Of a stretch of DNA of 64,000 nucleotides, positions 54,019 through 64,000 are shown one piece after another (the stretch's first letter is position 1; each line of letters starts with the position of its first letter). The translations under genes were made by a program, and so were the position numbers. Under the pieces are notes generated by a model. That model did no database searches and was not told the origin of the DNA. It worked only from the letters and a program-made list of their open reading frames with translations. Origin of the DNA: Kudoa neothunni (lineage: Eukaryota > Animalia > Cnidaria); assembly GCA_964304625.1 (NCBI GenBank), contig OZ199840.1, positions 445,912 through 509,911 of the forward strand, in the 5' to 3' direction.

Positions 54019-55177
54019 CTATTGAGCATATTTGACGATTATATCGTTAGTGAAAGTACTGCAGATGATAATGTTGATAAACTAAATTACAATTATAATT
54101 AAATCAGAAGAGACGTCATGAATGATTGGTGATATTACTTGGAAAATGACCAAAGAACCAATCAATATACCAATTGTGATAAGATTTTTCTTAACAAATC
54201 TAACAATGGCTGTAACACAAGTCGCGGTATAAACACGTTGGCCCATTTTGAACTAAAAATAACATGAAAACAATAAAATCAATCATCACACTAGCCATAC
54301 CAATTCCCTCCTAACCCCAGCACCACAAACAACGCTAATATCTTTCGTATTTTCCTAATTGGATATGAATATATTTCTAGGGTTCAGAATAAATGTTTTT
54401 ATTACCATTTTACAGCACGAATAAGGTACACCACAAACTAGCTGTGAGTCTCTTACGTTGGCCTCACATGAATATTCGGGCAAATCATTATATTGTGAAA
54501 TCTCATCAGCTCCACAACATTTGAACTAACAAAACATTAAAAAACTTGATAGCTAGGAATAGTGCGGTTTAATAATTACAGTAATTTGGAAAAAATCGAC
54601 TATAACTTGAGCATGGTTGCTTTTGTCATAATTTTTAATTAGGTCTTTGCCGTGTTCAGTAAGGAATTCTTCAGCCTATATATATATATATATATATATT
54701 ATACATAAATCACATATTAGCTTGCATAGGTATGAGGTTGTGTGGTAATCAATGAAATTACTTTGGTTCCAAATAATATAATCACCAATATACATCCCAA
54801 CTCCAACAGAAGGAAAAAGCTCACGCTTATACGGAACTATCACATACAAGAATGAAAATCAAGTGATACCAAGCACTAGAAATACTTACAGCTTTTAGTA
54901 GTGTAACATTTTCTCGTAGTGCACCCACCAATCCAAGGAATGCAATCAATCCGACCACAAAAAACAAGGCCATTAAGACCAGAAATACATCAAATTTTAT
55001 AAAATTTCCTATCCCATCGAATTCTACCAACCCTGAAAATTTGAGTGTTGCACAAATACCAACGCCAGCCGATGTGACAAACTAAAATCGAATTCCAACA
55101 AACATCACAAACATCAACAAGAAGCTCACCCAAATAAATAAATTCAGAGAGAAGAGTATCCACTTACGGCAACCCAT
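54019..55177 (-). CDS. Tetraspanin, TspanC8 subgroup (TSPAN5/14/15/17/33-like)
   Basis: Four TM segments, GLVGALRENVTLLK, and a large loop with FKCCG, YSC, CGVPYSCC, VCG, TC (8 Cys). 8 exons. Confidence 0.88.
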
Positions 55178-56626
55178 GTTGTTTAAATCGTACTAATGAT
55201 TAATACTATTAGATTTGTTTGTTATCTCAATAATATTCATCCGATCGGGCTGAATTAATAATGTGTGCCATTAGCATTAGTCGCTTGACTACTGGAATAT
55301 TTATTTTAATTTTTCCTAATAGATTACAATTTTTATTAAACCAAATCCTAATTGCAATTATTGGCTGAATCTTTTTGAAAAAATACATATTTCATAAAGT
55401 ATACCGTTTATATAACAATTATTAATACAGAATATTCATAGTGACTATCGGTATAGTTGATTAAGATTAAACCTATGACATCAGTTATCCTTGGAGGAAA
55501 TCGTTCCTGTTAATATTAATTATTAAAAATAGTTTATCTCTAAACATTCTATTTTTTTTAACTAATATAACCAACATTTTACTCACATCATGAATATATT
55601 TCGCAATTTTTTCCACAAATACACGGGATTTATTAGGTTAATCGGATTAGCTATGTAGTAGGCTTATATTTTTAAGATACCTTTCTCAATAGAACCCTAA
55701 ACAAATAATCCATTCGTATAAATGGCGATACTATACAAATGTTAATAGCGAGTAAATATCAATTTAATAGCAATTCGGTGAACCCATTAAAATATAACAT
55801 TATTATTCAATAATAATTTTATATTTCAATATTAAGTTAATTAAGCTGTAAAAAATCCCACTCATAACAAAATGAATTTTCACTGAATAGTGTTAAAGTT
55901 TTAAAGTTAATTTTTAGGCGCTAAAAAGTCTCCTGTCAACTCAAAAAGTAGTATCTTGGATATAAGCTCATTAATAAATGATAATTATGTGCATAATCAT
56001 CGCCTAATTGAACATTACGAGAATAATCCCAAAAAAATTAATTAAAATGTTTACTCGATTATTGCTACCATCAGGCAGGACATTAAAAATGAGTAATTCT
56101 AAGTAATAAGGGTAGTTATATAGTTCAACAATTCTCAGCATTCCTAGAAAATTTGATGAAAAATAACAACTGATGAATGCATTACTAAGAACTTTTATGC
56201 AAATTGTTTTATTGGTATATAGGAGTGTTTTCTCTTTGGCTTTTTTAGTTTAGTAGGGTTATGTTGAGAAAAGTCTAAGTTTAGTTTTTAAATTATATCA
56301 ATATTAAGAATTCTATCTGAAAAAAACTCTAGGTAGGAAATATAAGAGAAATAATTTTTTAGGTTATTGTTTTACTGATTACCTAATTGAATATACGATA
56401 AATGAATCTGAATAATGAGTATGAAACCTTCGTAAATAAATATAGTTTTGGTGTTTGCGTATAATTTTGATATTTAGTTGAAAACTAAATGGACGATTTA
56501 TGTCGATAGAAACCAAAATCTCCATTTGAAACAGTGATTACGATTAATAACCGCTTCAAAGTAAACAATCTGACAGAAAAGTCTATATATTGGAACCTGC
56601 CTGAAATATATCTAATACAAATATAG

Positions 56627-58705
<2,079 letters not shown>

Positions 58706-58934
58706 ACCGAAATAACAATTATTGGAACCTAGTACTTTCTTGAATTATTACAATGCCGTATCACTTAGATAGGGTTTATCTTTACAAACCCTCGTCAACC
58801 GATGCATTAGTTAGATTATTCCAAAAATAGTTATGTATTTATAAATTCTTAGAAGATGTTTCTGTTTGTTTTTAAAAAATTTTCTCCACTAAAATTATCC
58901 GAATATAATTTATAATGTGTTAAATTATAAGCTC

Positions 58935-59373
58935 TTTTTTCTTTTTTTTTTGTTTACAAGGTCAAACCCCTGGCGTAACTTGTTGGGTTGTGAAGTTCGG
59001 GTTGGTTAGGCCTTCTCTATTTACCATTTACACTTTAGGCACCGCCGCGTCATTTTAGGCAACTTTCATTCATGCGGTAGCTGAGATTTTAACCCACTAA
59101 ACATGCTCGTTTGGAGAATTCACCAGCCCCACCATACATACCCTGGACCAACCTAGAATTAGTCTGGGAAAGTCGTCTGAATACGGGGGCGTCGGCTATA
59201 CCGAAACCCCCTATTGGGTTTTATTTCGTTCCTGTAACTCGGCGTTTATGTGCATCCGAGTTCTATCTTTCCGCTAGACCCCCTCAGCTGCATGCATGGC
59301 CATGATAAATCGTAGATCTCTGTGATTAGATTACTACAGCCTTCCTACTTAATTTCGTTTCGGGTTAGGTGTA
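58935..59373 (-). mobile_element. 5'-truncated copy of the SINE-like element
   Basis: Reverse complement of ~52575-52982, with a longer A-rich tail and a 20-nt internal insertion bounded by TTTAGGC repeats. Lacks the tRNA head. Confidence 0.8.
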
Positions 59374-60344
59374 TAAATTAGTGTTTTTTTGAAATAAAAA
59401 ATAAATTTTTTTTTTATCAATTTATGAGAACAATATTAATAAAATTTTTAAAATAATATCATTATCAATGTTAACCGATGATTTATGAATATAAAATTTC
59501 GTGATATTTAATCAAATCGTAATTTCGTCGCGTAAATAAAATATTTTCGTAAAACTCTCAAAAATACATATTTATCACATATTAAGTATTTCTCTAAATA
59601 ATCCAGAATAGCTACGTTAGAAATTAAACCGACACTATAAAAAATCTCCCTATAGTAGGTATATTTTGACATCTTTAAGGAAGTGTCACCCAATATTTTG
59701 TAATCATGGCCAAAGCTTTGTGAACATTCAATTTAGATCGAATATTATAAAAATTCATCAAATTATAAGTTCTCATAATGTTTAAATGCAAGTGTTTTTT
59801 TATTTATCGGAGAAATCCTTTGCAGATAATTGATTTAAAAAGTCCAAATATCAATATAAAAAAACCACAAGTCTTAAATTTTAAAATATTTTTCTTAATT
59901 ATGTAAGAATGAAGTTTATTTTTAATAAGGGTTACCACCCGAAAGACGTGAAGGAATAGGCTATCATAATCATTAGATTTTTTTGTCATAAATAACTTTG
60001 TATCTTAGGAAATTCGAATTTAGATTTTTTAAGTTTAATACAATTTGACGGAATTTTCGCCGGAAATATAAACATAACGAAAGATTACTGCCAAGGTCAC
60101 AATTAATTATTGGCGTATACATTATTGGTTCTGATAAGAGCTTCACACTATCGTTTTAATAGCCATTATCGTCATATTCAAATCAATCGATTAAATTTGA
60201 ATAGATTAAAATATTAATTCTCAATATTTTCACCAATGGAATAATCTGATAAGTTACATATTTTCTTAATTTAAATAAATATAATCAGAGTTAGCTTCAT
60301 ATCAATTATAATTAAAAATTTTGATTTTTAAAGTCTTTAAAAAT

Positions 60345-60920
60345 ATGTATGAGGTTATCTCAAGCGCTTGGCGTTATGGTTGCTGAGTCTAATCCGAACA
60401 CTGCAACTCACTGATATAAAGGTGGAATTATGAGTGGCGAACATGGCTTTCCAGTTTTCTTGATTCCAATATTCGTTATATTCGGGATTGTGTTCCTGTT
60501 TGTTTTAGGTTTTATTATTTTTTCCACCATTAGAGCCCACAAGCTTCAAAACAAGATGTTAAGTAATTCCTGAAATATATCGATTTATAACGAACTAGTG
60601 CTATAAATAAACGATAAATATAATTTTAAAATAAATATTTAACAGTTCATTCTGATAATGTTTTAGGAGGTGAAATTCCAATTTATCCCTTACATCCAAA
60701 TCTACTCGTAATACAACCTTCAGGTCAAGGAGGGACTCCACTTCACGGATATAACCATCAACCATCGAATGATATGATTTATAGTGCAGCAGCAAATACT
60801 ACGATTCCGAATACTAGTTCGACCCATATAAACAAAAATTGCAATAACTTTCAGGCTGATTCTCGTCGAGATTTTGGCGGTGAGGTTGAACCACCAAAAT
60901 ACTCAACAGAATTAAATTGA
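60345..60920 (+). CDS. Small single-pass membrane protein with Pro/Gly-rich cytoplasmic tail and terminal PPxY motif (3 exons)
   Basis: Spliced frame MYEVISSAWRYGGIMSGEHGFPVFLIPIFVIFGIVFLFVLGFIIFSTIRAHK...GEVEPPKYSTELN*. Confidence 0.7.
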
Positions 60921-63593
60921 CATAAACGTTGGAATGTTAGATTTTGATTCCTAGATATTATACTTTATTTATTTTAAATTAATTTCTTGATTCTTTAACT
61001 GTCTGAGTAATTTATTCATTCGATAATAAATTAATTTTTTACTCTCTTGTATTATATATGTGGATACAATCATATTTCCAGGGAGTAAATTACACATTAT
61101 TAAAGAAATTTTAAAAAATTAATATTAATGTTAATTCGTGCTCAAATTAAAAACTATTCCTTGTTTATATTTATAATGTATCAACGTATTTTTTATAGTC
61201 GAAATAAGAATATGAATTTTCATACATCAATTTCAAGCTTCTCTTCGAGTCTGGAGTTTTTATTTACTTACCACGTATAGGTATTCGGAAGAAATTACTT
61301 CTAAACAAATTAAATCAATAAAATAATCGTTGAATTTTTATATAAATATTCTAAAGGAGATATTTTTGTATCCCTTAATGTTCTCAAATCAAATGATCCT
61401 TAATCTTAAAATAAAATGGGATGTGTTGAGAACCCATTCAGCTTACAAATTCATTTTTTAGCTTAAATGTTAAATTTATTTCTTTTTTACTTCATTTAAT
61501 CTTCTTTAATTTTAAAAAATATTCATATTTTAAGAAATGACGAATTAACACCAAAACACTTCTAAATTTAAACAAACCTAAAATAATTTCCATCTTTGAA
61601 GTTACAACAAAGTTTCGATACCACATTGAATAAATAACAACATATTACTGCCAATTCTGTTACGCATGCACAAGCGAGTGCCAAGTAAAAGTAGATCTAC
61701 TCTAATTTATGAAAAAATAGGTTGAGCATACAATGTAAAATCAACCTATACGAGATAGACTATCCGATAGATATTTACCATATTTTCATAATTTTTAAGT
61801 TTTTTATTCATGATTAATTTTTGATCTTTAAAATTAATTCCAAAGTTCCCTATATCAAATATAGAAGGGCCAGCCTACCTTTGATTAGAGAAGTGCTAGT
61901 TTTTCGCGTCAATTTCTACCAACTTCCAAAATTTAAATAATGTTTCTACTAAAAACTTGGCGAATAAAGAACTACATTCTATGCTCTATCAGTTGTTAAT
62001 GACAAGTCTCCCTTGTTTGATTATTTTTCATTTTTTTGTCAGAATCTATTTGCATGATAAATTTAAATTTTACTAATTTTCAAGCATGCGCGAGAGAATT
62101 ATTAATTCTGACCAGCCTTATTCGCAAGTTGTATACAAATTTATTTTTTTCGAATCTGTTACGCTTAATAATTTATGGCCAAAACTAATTAAATATGTTA
62201 AAAATTATTACCACCTGAATATTATTTACCATGTAAATAGCCACTTTCTTTTTTTGTAAGCATCAATGGTCAAAGGGGTTGCTTACAACTAGGTTAGGTG
62301 ACTATAAAGAATTTAGAGCATCTTTTACATACAAATGTTATATTTCTCGTCGATATCTCGAAATTATACAATAAAAAATTATAAAACTAGCAGAAACACT
62401 AAATTAAAAAATTGGTTGGCTTAAATAAGCCATACTTTACCTGATTGTAAAGATTTCTACAGATAAACATACGGCATATAAAGATTAATATTAAAAATTA
62501 GTGCACATAGTTTTTCAATGAAATACTGAAATAGAGTTTTTGACTAACATTGCGAACAGCGTTGCCAGCCGTGTCCGATTTTTTCCAAGTGCTCTATTTT
62601 GTCCCCTTTTTATCTGGTTTTTACTCTTACTCTTCGAAAGACAGAATAATCGCAAAATAATGTTTCAAAGATAAGGAGTTATTGCATAGTCACAAAAAAT
62701 GGAAATTAATCGTATATTTTATTGCGAGAAATCAGAAATCTTCGAGTAAGTAATTTTATACTTGGAAGAATGTTTTATTTCGAATTAAAATGTCTCAATA
62801 GAAGTACACCAATGGACAATTACAATTATACATTTTAAAACGTTATACTCCAGTTAAGACCAAGGTTTTGGTTGGATGTTTTTTAATCATTATTAGTGAC
62901 AAGACACATTTATATCATGGCCATGAACCACCATTTTTGGATTATCACGAAGAGTTTTATGTGTTGGAATTCCGAATGCTAAGTTATCATTACAAATATT
63001 TGTTACCAATTTTCAAAAAATTCTAATTTTAGTTAACACCTAAATAAATTAAAATTTAACTCTATATTATCTACTTGATTACTTTTTCTTAATTTTAATG
63101 AATGAATGGTTGTACATAAAAATAGAACCTCATCTAGATATAGTTGTTATAATTTATTCAAAAATAAAAAGAAAGGCTGTAATACGATTTTTCGACACAT
63201 CGACTAAATGACATCATAACTTTAAAATTTTTGAGTTACTTATAAATTTACATAAAATTCTGATATTGCCCGGCAAAAATTTGACCGAATGTGCGATTTT
63301 GGTAAAATTTGCTGATTGCAAATATGGCGCCAAATTCATTGCCAAATTACTCGGGACTCAATAAAACCAACTTTAACATTTTAAATAATTTATGTATTTA
63401 TTTATTTATTTATTAAGTCACTAACGATTTGGTGGTAATTTTTACCTCAAGGCGACTTTGTATTCATTATATTTTTTTATTTCATATATTAAAGTTCACC
63501 AAATTTCCAAAATTCCTGTAACATGTAATTATTTACTTTTATTAGACAAATCGGAAAAAACTAACAAAAAGAAAAAGTTCTATTTAAATATTA

Positions 63594-64000
63594 TCCTCTA
63601 ACGTTTTTTGGGTTAAAATTTACCCCACTTTTTTATTACTTTAATGTGAATAGTATCTTGTGAATAATCAAATAATAAATTATTAGTTAAATTAAACGAA
63701 TAAATTCTAAGAAAACAACGAACAAAATGACTAGTTTGTCTAATGTGCATGTGCGGGTAGTGCATAAATGTAATGAATGACGCGAGTGATTTCATTGACG
63801 AGTATAACTTATCTGGAAGCGAATTTAGCGATCGAATTGTTGATGACAGTGATATATCGTACGAAGAAATAGATCATATAGATATTAATGATAATAATTT
63901 AAAAAGTAAAGGTGGAATTATTTGGAACTTACCAAAGTCACCTACGAGAAAAACCTGTGTCGAAAACATAATGAATTCCATCCGTAGTGCCACTCCATAT
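63594..64000 (+). mobile_element. Start of a piggyBac-like element (truncated by window edge)
   Basis: TCCTCTAACG..TGGGTTAAAATTTACCCCA resembles the ends of 44209-46289. It is followed by an acidic region and SKGGIIWNLPKSPTRKTCVENIM, like piggyBac transposase N-termini. Confidence 0.6.

Overview
AT-rich eukaryotic genomic DNA with many very short GT-AG introns (mostly about 37-75 nt), so the ORF track shows only exon fragments. I spliced the gene models below by hand. An adhesion GPCR, a TspanC8 tetraspanin, AKT and multi-Kunitz proteins indicate a metazoan with a compact genome; a parasite such as a myxozoan is my best guess but cannot be established from this window. The first ~28 kb is a transposon-dense accessory island. 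It holds three paralogous secreted five-Kunitz-domain genes with atypical cysteine patterns, a hypervariable domain 2, mosaic exon ancestry and frameshifts in two copies. It also holds an orphan type I membrane protein made of about seven Cys-stapled FN3-like repeats. The rest carries a divergent adhesion GPCR with a degenerate GPS cleavage site, GINS2/PSF2, a DNAJB6-like gene, DBF4, a TspanC8, an AKT that appears to lack the C-terminal hydrophobic motif, and a small PPxY membrane protein. Decayed piggyBac, pogo/Tigger, hAT and Helitron-like elements are interspersed, with two inverted copies of a tRNA-headed SINE. No rRNA, intact tRNA or CRISPR array was seen. No database search was run, so all novelty claims are provisional.
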